NCBI RefSeq assembly: GCF_030028105.1 | Contig: NC_092376.1 | Span: 126,168,230 to 126,232,229, forward strand | Source of the DNA: Mobula birostris | Taxonomy: Eukaryota | Length of the DNA stretch: 64,000 nucleotides | Direction of reading: 5' to 3' | Part shown: positions 37,744-50,237 of the stretch, in pieces | Position numbering within the stretch: position 1 is the stretch's first letter | Layout of the letters: every line of letters begins with the position of its first letter | Made by a program: the position numbers and the translations under genes | The notes under the pieces: generated by a model | Seen by the model: only the letters and a program-made list of their open reading frames with translations | Databases searched by the model: none | What the model was told of the DNA's origin: nothing

Positions 37744-37986
37744 AAGGTAACACACATCAAAGTTGCTGGTGAACGCAGCAGGCCAGGCAGCATCTCTAGG
37801 AAGCGGTACAGTCGACGTAAGAGATCTCTTACTAGCTCTTCCTTCAGTTAGTCCTGACGAAGGGTCTCAGCCCGAAACGTCGACTGTACCGCTTCCTAGA
37901 GATGCTGCCTGGCCTGCTGCGCTCACCAGCAACTTTGATGTGTGTTACTTGAATTTCCAGCATCTGCAGAATTCCTCATGTTTGCG
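37744..37986 (+). mobile_element. Short Penelope-like insertion: inverted pLTR pair
   Basis: 72-bp inverted arms 37747-37818 and 37877-37948 with one mismatch; 11-bp TSD TGCACAAATTT at 37733-37743 and 37987-37997. Confidence 0.9.
37850..37885 (+). ncRNA. Minimal type I hammerhead ribozyme motif
   Basis: AGUC-CUGACGA-A-GGG(ucucag)CCC-GAA-AC-GU-C/GACU. Stem I is AGUC:GACU, the CUGANGA and GAAA boxes are intact, the cleavage triplet is GUC, and stem III is a loopless palindrome (ACGU). Confidence 0.8.
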
Positions 37987-38056
37987 TGCACAAATTTCAT
38001 CTTGGAATTGCTCTGCTGCTCAACTCTTGTAGAAAATGTAAAACAATTGCTTAGAT

Positions 38057-40298
38057 TAGTGGTCACCAACCTTTTTAAGCCCAAGGTCCCCTACCTCAAC
38101 CTCAGTGAAAGGCAAGATCTACCTACTAAATCGTTTAGAGAAAAAACAGCTCAGATTGTACATCCAATTTGAGGCCTTTTATTTGGGAGAATTGTATTTG
38201 AATTACACAAAATACTTTTGTCAAACTTTCAAATTAATTCAAACAAGAAAACGCTATAACTAGCATATCAAACAGGCCATAGCTGTCTTTCTTTAAGAAT
38301 GTTACAATACTTCACACCTTTAATTCTAAGTTTCATTATTTAATTTTATTTCAAAACTAAAAATAAATTAATAAAAATTGACTGTTGCGCTCAGTGTGAT
38401 GACTGAGGCTGAATACTTTCTGCTAGTTCCCCGAAATTTGGCTCATAACTACAGACAGCCAGTCTGAGACAGTCTGTGAGGTGTAAGGTTGCCAACTGTC
38501 CCGTATTTTCCCCGCTAAGGTACAGCGTTCCTATGAAACCTTTCATGCCGAAATGCTTTACGCTGAAGAAGCAATTACCATTAATTTACATGGAAAAAAT
38601 TTTGAGCATTCCCAGACCCAAAAAATAACCTACCAAATCATACCAAATAACACATAAAACCTAAAATAACACTAACATATAGTAAAAGCAGGAATGATAT
38701 GATAAATACACAGCCTATATAAAGTAGAAATAATGAAAATTAAGCCAAAACCGAATCGTGGGGTAAAGAAAAAAATCGGCACGTATGCGCACGCGCACAC
38801 AGGTGCCCGCGCAAGGCTTCATGGTCATTGTAGTCTTTCTCGGAGTAAACACAAATGTATGGGGATTTGACTGCTACTTTTGTCCCGTATTTGGGAGTGA
38901 GAAAGTTGGTAGCCCTGGTGAGGTGTCTGTCAGTAAGTCAGCTCCTGTACTTAGATTTAATAATTTTCATCTGTGAAAATGCAATTTCACATAGTAGTGA
39001 CCTGAAGTAGGCACTGACTTTCAGTGCTATAAAACTAACACACAGACCGCGCATTGTTCGGCCCCATCAGTAGTAATTGCCACCAGTTTATGAACGGGGA
39101 TGTCATTTTCACGGACATATTTTTTAAACTCATCGTAAATATCCTCACTTCTCCTTCTTTCCTTTAATTGCAAAAGAGTGAGGAAGTCCTCCTTTGTTGT
39201 AAAATCCTGGAAAGCCATTCTGACAAATACAACAAGCTGAGCTGTTTGCATTACATCCAGGGATTCATCGAACTGTAGTGAAAAATATTCAGGTCCTCTG
39301 ACGGTGACTCTACCCTCCTTGTCACTGTTGCAGGGCCAAGCAGTATATTATGTATTGTGGTTGTGATGCAGTTTTTTGTTTTTAAAGCCATGAAAAACAG
39401 TCTCTGCGGTAATGACCATTGCTTCCTTGAATAAATCGCCATCTGTAAAAGGCTTATTGTGTTTAGCCAAAAGATGACTTACATGAAATGATGCTTCAAT
39501 AGCAGCATGTTTTGTGAAAAACGATTGCTGGGCCTTCAACCCTGATTTCAGCTCAACTTTCCAGGCACGAATTGCGCTCTTTGGGGGGGTAGGTGTCTTT
39601 AAATTCCTGGTGGTTGGTGTTGCAGTACCGCTCCAGATTCCCTCTTTTAGTCAGTGCTTGTGTTTGGTGGCACAACATACATACACACTTGTCTTTCACC
39701 AAGGTAAATAGAAATTCCTCTTCCCATTCTGGATGGAATTTCTACGTTTTCGCTGCCTTTCATGGAGCCTCCGCTATGCTATCAGGATATCACAAGCGAT
39801 TGCCGATTGCGTCGCCTCTGATTTGAGCCAACATTCACCTAATTAATTAGCTTGTTTATTTCGGCTTTTTTTCTTAAAGGTGTGCTGTGTGCATCCCGAC
39901 TACCGCTGCACCCCTGCCTGCTTCGTGGCCCGGAGGTTGGAGACACTGCCGTATATTGATGTTTGCGACAGTCTGTACTGTTACCTAATCTAATTGGTCA
40001 CTTTGATGCAGCACAGGCTACGCTGAAAACGCGGTGCATGGCGGGGGAACTACACACATGCGCACTGGGCAGAAAGAACGGAACTAAACCCCCGCAACCC
40101 AGAAACAATCTCTCTTTACAAACAGATTTTTAGTGAAAATATTGCCATATTACCATTATCCTAATTAGTATTACTTATTTTTATAATGCCCACATTACAA
40201 CAGTATTTGTGTATTTATTTTTGATTTTTCTTTGGGATCTACTGGGAAAGTCTCAAAGATCGACCGGTCGATCGTGATCGACGGGTTGGCGACCCTTA
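38057..40298 (-). mobile_element. hAT (Charlie/SPIN/GTF2IRD2-like) transposon relic with internal deletion
   Basis: TIRs tagtggtcaccaacc and ggttggcgaccctta; 8-bp TSD gcttagat/gcttaggt. Transposase pieces HPEWEEEF..CVCMLC, KPFTDG, SLQFDES, QLVVFVR, ITTDGA, LTDRHLTDCLRL. Confidence 0.88.
38484..38917. mobile_element. hAT MITE nested in the hAT relic
   Basis: TIRs taaggttgccaact and agttggtagccctg; perfect 8-bp TSD GTGAGGTG; subterminal tgtcccgtattt repeats. Confidence 0.88.
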
Positions 40299-41249
40299 GC
40301 TTAGGTGGTTGTGTGCAGACTAAAACAAAACTTAATCTACCAGATATATGGGCATTACAATAAAACAGACACAGCTGGCGATATAATCTTAGCCACTTAA
40401 CATGAAAAGACTCATCTACATACTCCCTGCTGGGTTAAGGGTTGTGGACAAGACCCTGGAATGCATATTTTAGAAATATTTTTAAGTTATGGTCATGAAT
40501 TCCTGGTAATATCATTCTTAGAAGGACTTGGCTATGCTGATCAAACTGTAATAATTTGCTTATAGGGTTCGACTGGAGTGAGTAAGTGTGATTCCCAGCT
40601 CCTACTGTTCTTTCTTTGAAATTTACTCCCTCGACCTTACTGCAGAATGCCAGATACTGGAGATCAACAGGGAGCATGATCTGAAGTCCCCAGGTTTGCC
40701 TGTTTATGTTCGCTGATGAAAAATCTTGCCCTGGTGTCTGCTATTGCTTCCTGCAGGAACACCGAGCTTCTCTTTTTAATTCACTCCATTCTTGGTGCTC
40801 ATTGTCTTCTTTTTGTGGCCCCAATGGTCCACACTGCAAAGACCATGGTCTAGAATTTTATTCCCTAATGCAATGAAAAATAATCTGCAGCTGAAAATGG
40901 GTTTATCCCATAGCAGAAGAAATTTGCATCCATTTCTAGTCATCAAGAGATTCCACCAGACTTTCCAATGGCAACTTTAAGAGCACTAGAAACAGGTTCC
41001 CAGTGGGAAATTCACCCCACTAATGTCAGCATGAATTACAACCATGCAATTCTTGTTTACTCATAGAACAATCAACTTTTACTGAAGCCATTGATATGAA
41101 AATTCAGCTATTTAAATATGCAATACTCTAAACATTTTGTTTGCCAGGCTGCTTCATAGCACTCTGTCTTACTGCTTAAAAATAAATATGGCCTCCACTG
41201 AGCCTTTAATTATGTTCTTGGTCTGAAACCCTTATTCAAACAGGTATAC

Positions 41250-41575
41250 ATAGAACATAGAATAGTACAGCACAGTACAGGCCCTTTGGCCCAAAATGTT
41301 GTGCCGACCCTCAAACCCTGCCTCCCACGTAACCCCCCACCTTAAATTCCTCCATATACCTGTCTAGTAGTCTCTTAAATTTCACTAGTGCATCTGCCTC
41401 CACCACTGACTCAGGCAGTGCATTCCACACACCAACCACTCTCTGAGTAAAAAACCTTCCTCTAGTATCCCCCTTGAACTTCCCACCCCTTACCTTAAAG
41501 CCATGTCCTCTTGTAATGAGCAGTGGTGCCTTGGGGAAGAGGCGCTGGCTATCCACTCTATCTATTCCTATTAAT
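41250..41575 (-). mobile_element. CR1 3' fragment, same subfamily as 1-2190
   Basis: ORF 41311-41556 is nearly identical to 1904-2194; tail catagaacatagaa. Confidence 0.9.
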
Positions 41576-42184
41576 CTGTCTATACTCCAATGACCTCACA
41601 TTAGATAGTGTGGAAGTGAAAGATAGTTTTGGGGGATTCAAACAAGGAATCACGGGGCCATGTGGCAGGAAGCGTTGATGGCCTTTCTTCTTATCCATCC
41701 AGTTCAAACTGAGATACAGACTTCACAGACGAGCAATGCCTTCACATGCCATACTTCACCAGGAGCATCTTCAGCGTGACCTGCTAGGAAACAGGCTTGC
41801 AAAAACTAGGCTGCTCTAACAAGCCAAGATCATTGTTACTTGTTTTCTAGTCACTAGATCATTATAGGCCACTGCAGCTGCTCGCTCTAACTTCTCACAG
41901 ATTGCTGCAGAAGGTGGACTTAGGAAGCTACTTAAGCTCTTAAGCCAAAGATACAAGGAGAGAAGACTTAAGCTTCTTTTCCCGTAGCTTCAAGGGTGAG
42001 GCATGTAGGAGTCTTTGTATTGCCGGCAAGTCAGGTTTCCTCAAGCAGTCCTCCTGCTAGAACTGTCACCTTAATTGGCCTTTTGCTGCCTTGGACATTC
42101 AGGACCTCTTCCCTCCCCCTGCAGGTGTAGGCTCCTGTCAGTAAATCTTTAAGGCTGCCACAATCTTTAATTAATTTTAAACTT

Positions 42185-43595
42185 CAGTCATGGGGACCAA
42201 GTGTGAACAATAGCTACACTGACCTGACTGAAAAAGATATCACCACAGACAGGTGTTGGCCATCACAGATCCAGTGTTATACATTGATGACTGCATTGGT
42301 GCTGCTTCATGCACCCATGCTGAACTCGTCAATTTCATCAACTTCGCCACCAACTTCAAACCTGCCCTTAAATTCACTTGATCCACTTCTGACTCTTCTC
42401 TCTCCTTTCTCAATCTCTGTCTCCATTTCTGGAGACAAGCTGTCTACTGACACCTTTTATAAACATATTGACTCCTACGGCTACCTTGGCTATACCTCTT
42501 CCCATCCTCCTTCAAAATGCTATTCCTTTTTCTCAGTTCCATCGTCTGGGCCACATTGTTCCCAGGATGACGCTTTCCTTTCTGGGACACCAGAGATGTC
42601 CTCCTTTATCAAAGAATGAGGTTTCCCTTCCTCCACTAGTGATGCTGCCCTCACCCGTCTTTTTCCTATTCCCCAGACATCATCTTCCTGTCACCTTATC
42701 AGGGACAGAGTTCCTCTCATCCTCACCTACCTCCCCCCCACCCCGTGAGCTTCCACATCCATCTCACTAATCTCTCCAACTCCTGCCATCTTCAACTGGA
42801 TACTACCACCAAACACGTGTTCATCTCCCCCACCCAAGTCTCTGCTTTCTGCAGGGATTACTCCGTCCGTGATTCATCACTCCCCACTGATCTCCCTCCT
42901 GGCACTTAACCCTGCCAGTGACAGAAATACTACATCTGACATTCACCTCCCCCTTACCTCCATTTAGGGCCTCAAGCAATCGTTCCAGGTGAAGCAACTC
43001 TTCACCTACAAATCAGTTAGGGTTGTCTGTTGAATCCGGTGCTCCAGATGAGACCAATGTAAATTGGGGGACCACTTTGTTGAGCACCTCTGCTCCATCT
43101 GCCAAAAGAGGAACTTCCCAATGGCCAAACATATTAATTCCAGTTCCCATTCCCGTTCTGACATGTCGGTCCATGGCCTCCTCTTTTGCCATGATGTGGC
43201 CACTCTCCTCAGGTTCCATCTAGGTAGCCTCCAACTTGATGGCATGAATATCAATTTCCTCTTCCGGTATTTTTTTTCCTTCCCATTTCCTCATCTTCTA
43301 TTCTCAACTCTGGCCTTGTAACTCTTCTCCTCACCTGCCTAGCATCTCCTCCTTCTTCCCTCTCACTTATTGTCCACTCTCCTCTCCTATCAGATTCCTT
43401 CTTATCCAGACCTTTACCTTTTCCACCCACCTAACTTCACCTTTCACCTTCTAGCTCCTCCTCCTTCCCCTCCCCCACCTTTTAATTCTGAAGTCCTGAA
43501 GAAGGGTCTTTGCCTGAAATGTGAACTGCTTATTCATTTCCATAGATGCTGCCTGGCCTGCTGAGCTCATCCAGCATTTTGTGTGTGTTGTTCTG
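42185..43595 (+). mobile_element. Penelope-like element fragment (RT C-terminal part, GIY-YIG relic, pLTR)
   Basis: YIDDCIGAASCTHAELVNFINFATNFKPALKFT, LSTDTFYK, LGDHFVEH, then agtcctgaagaagggtctttgcctgaaatg. Confidence 0.85.
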
Positions 43596-43744
43596 GATGT
43601 GGTGAGTGTTATCTTTAAAGCTGAAAGGACCAAAAAATTCTCCCAATAGACATTGGTGTTCCTTAGAGACAGAAGAATCCAACAAATAAACATCAGGTAA
43701 TCAAAGCTGAGGTTACAATAGGGATACTAGAGAGCAGAGGAAGT

Positions 43745-44270
43745 GACAATAGACAATAGGTGCAGGAGTAGGCCATTCAGCCCTTCAAGCCAGCACCACC
43801 ATTTACTGTGATCATGGCTGATCATCCACAATCAGTACCCTTTTCCTGCCTTCTCCCCATATCCCTTCACTCTGCTATCTTTAAGAGCTCTAACTCTTTT
43901 TTGAAAGAATCCAGAGAATTGGCCTCCACTGACTTCTGAGGCAGAGCATTCCACAGAACCACAACCCTTTGTGTGAAAAAGTTTTTCCTCAACTCCGTTC
44001 TAAATTGTCTACCCCTTATTCTTAAACTGTGGCCCCCGGTTCTGGACTCCCCCAACATCAGGAACATGTTTCCTGCCTCTAGCATGTCCAATCCCTTAAT
44101 AATCTTATATGTTTCAAACAGATCCCCTCTCATCCTTCTAAATTCCAGTGTATACAACCCCAGTCGCTCCAATCTTTCAGCATATGACAGTCCTGCCATC
44201 CCGGGAATTAAGCTCGTGAACCTACGCTGCACTCCCTCAATAGCTAGAATGTCCTTCCTCAAATTTGGAG
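43745..44270 (-). mobile_element. CR1 3' fragment
   Basis: ORF 43867-44262 (EGVQRRFT...FFTQRVV); gacaatagacaatag tail. Confidence 0.9.
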
Positions 44271-45679
44271 ATTTTTAATAAGTGATATTTAACCAGGGTT
44301 AAATGTCTAGGACTGTGAATGCCAACTAAAAAGACATAACTAGGTTTAGCCATGGTATTCCCACCAGTAAAATACCTGCTGATACAGCCTGTAATTTCAA
44401 CTAAGAAATGGCTCAAATGAGAGGCTGGTTAGTCCTTACAGTACTATATAGTTTAGAGACATTCCTATAGAGAGGGGCTGAGATTTTTTTCTCCATTATC
44501 TTTCCAAGCTTAAAAAAGGCAGAAATAGTGTTGAGAAAAGTTGAAGCACTTGTTAACAACCAGACCATGAAAGCTCTATTTAATTGTAAACAAGCAGCAA
44601 ATCCAGTTGTTCATTGCATGTCAGAACTGTCTGTAAAATTAGCAGCTTGGCCTTTGCAAAGACCTCTGAGAAATCAATTCAATGGCTGAAAAACTAGGCA
44701 GAAAAAATTACTCAAGGATCTAAGATAAAATAAAGAACAGTAGGAAAATGAAAGGAGATTAGTGCAAGTCCATTAAATAGGAGGGGAAAATTGAAAACCT
44801 AGCAGGGAAAAATATATTTGTGAAACATCATGCAGAATGGTTAATGAAGGAAATGAGCCTTATAAATAGAAGCATCTAATTATGGACCTTTATACATGAT
44901 TCAAGATTCAAGTTTATTTATCAAGTGTACATCGAACATTTAGTGAAATGCATTGTTTTTCACCTAAGGATATGTTGGGGCAGCCTGCTAATTTTGCCAC
45001 ATATTCCAGTGCCAACATGGCAATTATCCCTGCCTTTACCATCTTTTCTGGCAACTTGTTACATTTACCCACCATCTCGGTGTGTAAATTAGCCCTACAA
45101 ATCTTTCCACTCACATCTTAAACCTATGTCCTTTAGCATTACCACAGGAAGAAGAGTACCACTATTTACCCTGTGGTCCTCATGATCTTCCATCTATCAA
45201 TAAGATCACCACCCCAGGAAAAACAGTCCCAGCCTATCCAGTCAACACACACAAATTGCTGTTAGAATTCGGCAGGCCAGGCAGCATCTGTGGAAAAGAT
45301 GGTTCGGGCTGAGACTCTTCGGCAGGACCTACCCAGTTTCTCCTTAGGACTTGAGCCCTCCAATCTAGAGAGGATCCTTCCTGTAGTATGGCAACCAGAT
45401 CTGCACACAAAATGTGCTGGCGGTCCAAATTTCTGTACAACTACGATAAGCCATGTGGCCTAACCAACCATTCTCAATGAAAACATTATATTCATTTAAA
45501 GGATGTGGGTAGCACTGGTAAAATCAGCATTGTGGCTGACCAAAATTGAGACACAAGCTGGAACTGGGAAATGTAAAAGTCTTTATATACACAGCAGCAC
45601 AGCAGACCCAAGAGAATGCCACTCTCCTGACACAATCAAATAATTGATCAAACCACATTGTCCTATTATGTCAAATATT

Positions 45680-45942
45680 TATTTATTTAGATAGAGATGC
45701 AGCACGGAATAAGCCCTTCCAGCCCTTTGAGCCGCAACGTCCAGAAAACCCTGATTTAAGCCTAGCCAACACATCGGGCAACTTCCGTAGATAAATTAAG
45801 CTACAAACTGGTACGTCTTGGGGCTGTGGGAGGACCTGAGAAAACGTACGCATTCCACAGGAAAGACCGTACAAACTCCTTACCGATGATGCTCGAATTG
45901 AACTCCGAACTCCAACCTCGCGAGTTGTAACAGCGTCGTGCT
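45680..45942 (-). mobile_element. V-SINE/HE1-like SINE
   Basis: Reverse-strand counterpart of the 4155 family with a (TTTA)n tail. Confidence 0.7.
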
Positions 45943-46589
45943 GCAGTGGTGATTCTGTTCACCTCGCTGGCGGATGGTTGCAGCGAGGTTGCATGAGGGA
46001 CTTCAGCAGCAAGGCCAGAGTTCAGAGGTCAGTGCAGTTCACTTTTCAGTAAAGCAAACCGAGTGGAAAGTTGGCTGATGTGTACAAAGAGAAGGTGGTT
46101 TACCCTATTACTAAATAGCTTGAGAATAAGAGACAGTTTCAAAATGATGGGCAAAAGGAACAGTAGAAATAGGTAGGAGAGGGGAAATGCGGGCAAAATC
46201 TTTCTAAGTATGAATAGGTTTGATCTGGAATCTCTTCTGGCAGTGGGGGTGGAAACAGGGTCAGCACCAACCGGAGCTTTCAAAAGAGATCAGCAAGAGG
46301 AACTGGCACAAAAGAGACAAGTGAAACACACAATAGGAATGCTACTGCTGATGACCTTTTGTAATGTAAGTTTTGGAATGATCAGTAATCGCACCGAAAA
46401 ATAAGATTTTGAGTGAATATTGATACAATGGGGGTTTTCCTGCTGTTGGGTGTATCTGGAACTTGGGTCAGAGTTTTGTGATGAATATACACCATTTAAT
46501 ACTAAAATATTGGTGAAAATTCTTCTCTCAGAAAGTTGTGAATGCTGGGAACTCCTTATTGCAGAGGTTTGTGGATCCTGAGTCATTAG

Positions 46590-47340
46590 ACCAGAAGAGC
46601 ATAAAACATTGGAGCAGAATTAGATCATCAAGTCTGCTCAGCCATCTGATCAATGGCTGATCCATTTCCCTCTCAGCCCCATTCTCCTGCCTTCTCTCCA
46701 TATCCTTCCATGCTCTGACTTATCAAGAATCTGTCAACCTCCACCTTAAATACACTCAATGACCTGGGCTCCACAGCTGCCTGTGGCACGAATTCCACAG
46801 ATTTACCACCCTCTGGCTAAAGAAATTCCTCATCTCCATTCTATATGGACATTACTCTATTCTGAGGTTGTGACCTCTGGTCCTGGACTCCCCCACTCAG
46901 GAAATATTTTTCTCCGTCCCCAACATTCTTTCAACATTCAATAGGCTTCAATGAGATCCTCCCTCAATCTTCTAAGTTCCAGCAAGTGCAGTCCAAAAGC
47001 CATCAAATGCTTCTCACAAGATAAGTCTTTAATTCCCAGAATTATTTTTGTGAGCCTCCTTTGAACCCTCTCCAATGTCAGCACATCCTTTCTTAGATAA
47101 GGGGCCCAAAAGGTGCTCACAATACTGTACTCCAAGTGAGGCCTCACCGGTGCTTTATAAAGCCTCAGCTTTACATCCTTACTTTTGTATTCTAATCCTC
47201 TTGAAATGAATACTAACATTGTATTTGCCTTCCTCACTACTGACTCAAACTGCAAATTGACCTTTAGGGAACTCTGCACGAGGACTCCCAAATACCTTTA
47301 CACCTCAGATTTTTGAATTTTCTCCCCATTTAGAAAATTC
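46590..47340 (-). mobile_element. CR1 3' fragment
   Basis: ORF 46938-47291 (RPHLEY...ERVQRR). Confidence 0.85.
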
Positions 47341-47454
47341 AAGCACATTCAAGGCCATATTGCCTACTTAAGCACCCGGTCAAAGAACATCAGAGCCATG
47401 GTAATAAATGCAGTCCTTACTTTTCTTTTAGTACCTGCACCTTGCTGCAAGAGT

Positions 47455-48075
47455 TTTAGATTATGAAGACACACAGTCCCCTTTTATTGTCATTTAGTAA
47501 TGCATGCATTAAGAAATGATACATTATTTCCTCCGGTGTGATATCACAAAACACAGGACAAACCAAGACTGAAAAAACTGACAAAACCACGTAATTATAA
47601 CATATAGTTACAAACAGTGTAACAATACCATAACTTGATGAAGAAAGTCCGTGAGCACAGTAAGGTTCAAAGTTTCTCAAATGTCCCACATCTCACGTAG
47701 ACGGGAGAAGGAAGAAAAACTCTCCCTGCCATGCCAACTACAATCCGACTCGGAGTCATCGAAAGCTTCGGGCTCTGATCAGCTCTCCGACACCAAGTAC
47801 TGAGCAGCACCTCTGCCGAACGATTAGACCTCCTTCTCGGTCGCCAAAAGCAGGCAAGTCCGGGGATTTTGAGGCCTACCCTCCAAAAGATTCCCGACCA
47901 CACAGTAACGACAGCAGTGGACGGGCGTTTCAGAAATCTCTCCAGATGTTCCTCTGTGCTTTCACGTCCATTCTCCATCAAATCAGAATTGTCCACGGCC
48001 CCTATTTAACAGATACGATATCATTTTCACCGGAGAGCTGCGCACGCGCAACGCGCTGCCATCTTCTCCTCCTGC
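47455..48075 (-). mobile_element. Short CpG-rich non-autonomous LINE-like element
   Basis: Minus strand begins ggaggagaagatggcagcg and ends aaatgacaataaaag...cataatctaa. No RT was recognised. Confidence 0.55.
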
Positions 48076-49754
48076 CTTTTAAGGTACATTGAACAAATGA
48101 AAAGCTGATTGGGTATTTATTCCTATCTTTATTGCTGAAATGTATGCAGATGGATAAGTGAATGGTAGCTGCGCAAATAATCTAAGTGACCCAAACCTCG
48201 GGTAACAACTCCCAAACCTAATTTCCAGTTACATCTCAGAACTCAAAAGTAACTAGATATTGAAGGCACAAGCACTTTTGCTTTGAAAGAAATAAAGCCA
48301 CAATAAAGCCATCCTGTCATGTAGCATCTGCTGAATTCAATTAAGAGTTACGGTCATTGAAACAGAGAAGTAATCAGGAGAACCCCCAATGTAATTCTAT
48401 TATTGTCGAGCTGAAATATTAATACATATACATACAAACACTATTTTTCCTTCTTCATTTCTAAAGGCTTAGCAAGTGACATTATTAACATGAAAGTCAA
48501 TATGTTCAAACATTGGTGAGTTTTTCCCTAGTTAAGACAGTTTTGACGGACCTTGAATACCTCTGTACTAAAGAGGATACAAAAACTATAAACTAGATGT
48601 CCATTTCTAATCTGCTGTTCTTCCGGGGAATCAGCATGTGCATTCTCATCCACAGATTTGGCTCAGTATTAAAAATAATCAAAACGCCTTTTACAACTTG
48701 GAAGGTAAACCGACTAATGGGAAATCATTCACCATTTTCTGAAGAGATGCTTTAACCAAAGGCAAATTTCATTGATTTCACAAATGCAGTACATTGTAGA
48801 AGGATTACAATTTACATTATTTTAAAAATCTGAGAGTATTATGAAAGAGTGACATTCTATTGTGGAGCTGGATGTAATTTAACTGCAGGAGGTGATTAAT
48901 TCCATTTTGGGAGTCTCTCCTTCTCAAAAAGATGTTCTTTATTGAGACCTTCTCGCTTCTGAAATGAAACTGATAGCATGAATGAATTCCGATACTGCAT
49001 CAGATATGCACTAGTACATTATGTACAAATTTTGCATGGCTATATTAGTCAAGAATCTGGATGAGAAGAAACATGTAGTCAAGATGCAAATTAAAAACCA
49101 CTATTCAATAAAAATGTCAAATATTTAATCAATATTGCTCTCAATATTGGTAATCAATGTACTATGAACTAAAATTAAATAATGCCATAACGTTTTCTGC
49201 AAACATTAAGCTTTATTTGAGTCTTGGGTTTTGTATACAAAATGCAAAGCAAAATCTCAATGCCTCAATGAAGTCACACTCTGCACCTCACACAGACTGA
49301 AATACAGCAGCAAAATAATATACAGACACAAAGGAATATCCTGCAGCTCTTAAGTAATTCACAGGAGATTGAAAATAAAAATTAACATAAAATCTTTGCA
49401 ACAAGTTTGAGTATCAGAATTCTTATTTAAGTATTTCTTGGTTCTTTCACAGAAAATATGACATTTTAATGTGTCACAGAGTCATATCTCCAGCTTGTTA
49501 CACAGCTGCATGACTATAGTAAAATATTCACCACATTCCACATCAATCCTTTCTAATGTGTGGAGAATATCTTTTTTCAACTCCTTCTCCTGCCTGCCTT
49601 CCACTTGCGACATGTTGTGTACATTACATTTCTATATGAGCAATGAGCGTACCAGTTTTAGACATAAAAGTGCTTCTAAATTGAAATCTTACCTTTTAGT
49701 ACACTTTTATTAGCAGGTGAGTAATTTTTTGCCGCGCACCTAGCAGAAGAAGCA

Positions 49755-50237
49755 GGATCTCAGTGGCCACCTATTTTAATTCCACGTCCCATTCCCATAT
49801 GTCTATCCATGGCCTCCTCTCCTGTCACAATGAGGCCACACTCAGGTTATAGGAACAACACCTTATATTCTGTCTGGGTAGCCTCCAACCTGATGGCATG
49901 AACATTGATTTCTCGAACTTCCGGTAATGGGCCCTCCCACTTCCTTCACCATTTCCCATCCCCTTTTCCTTCTCTCACTTTATCTCCTTGCCTACCCATC
50001 ACCTCCCTCTGGTGCTCCTCCCCCCTTTTCTTTGTTCTATGGCCTTCTGTTCTCTCCTTTCAGATTCCCGCTTCTCCAGCCCTGTTACTTTCACCAAGCA
50101 ACTTCCCAGCTCTTTACTTCACCCCTCCCCTCCCATTTTCACCTATCACCTTGTGTTTCTCTATCCACTCCCCTCACCTTTTAAATCTACTACTTATCTT
50201 TCTTTCTCCAGACCTGCTAAAAGGGTCTTGGCCGAAA
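49755..50237 (+). mobile_element. Penelope-like 3' fragment, left part (continues at 58886-58993)
   Basis: gcctccaacctgatggcatgaacatt and a pyrimidine tract; ends in the hammerhead 5' half agacctgctaaaagggtcttggccGAAA. Confidence 0.85.

Noticed and set aside
40435-40860. Short minus-strand ORFs or exon candidates
   Set aside because: No recognisable homology and no consistent splice chain.
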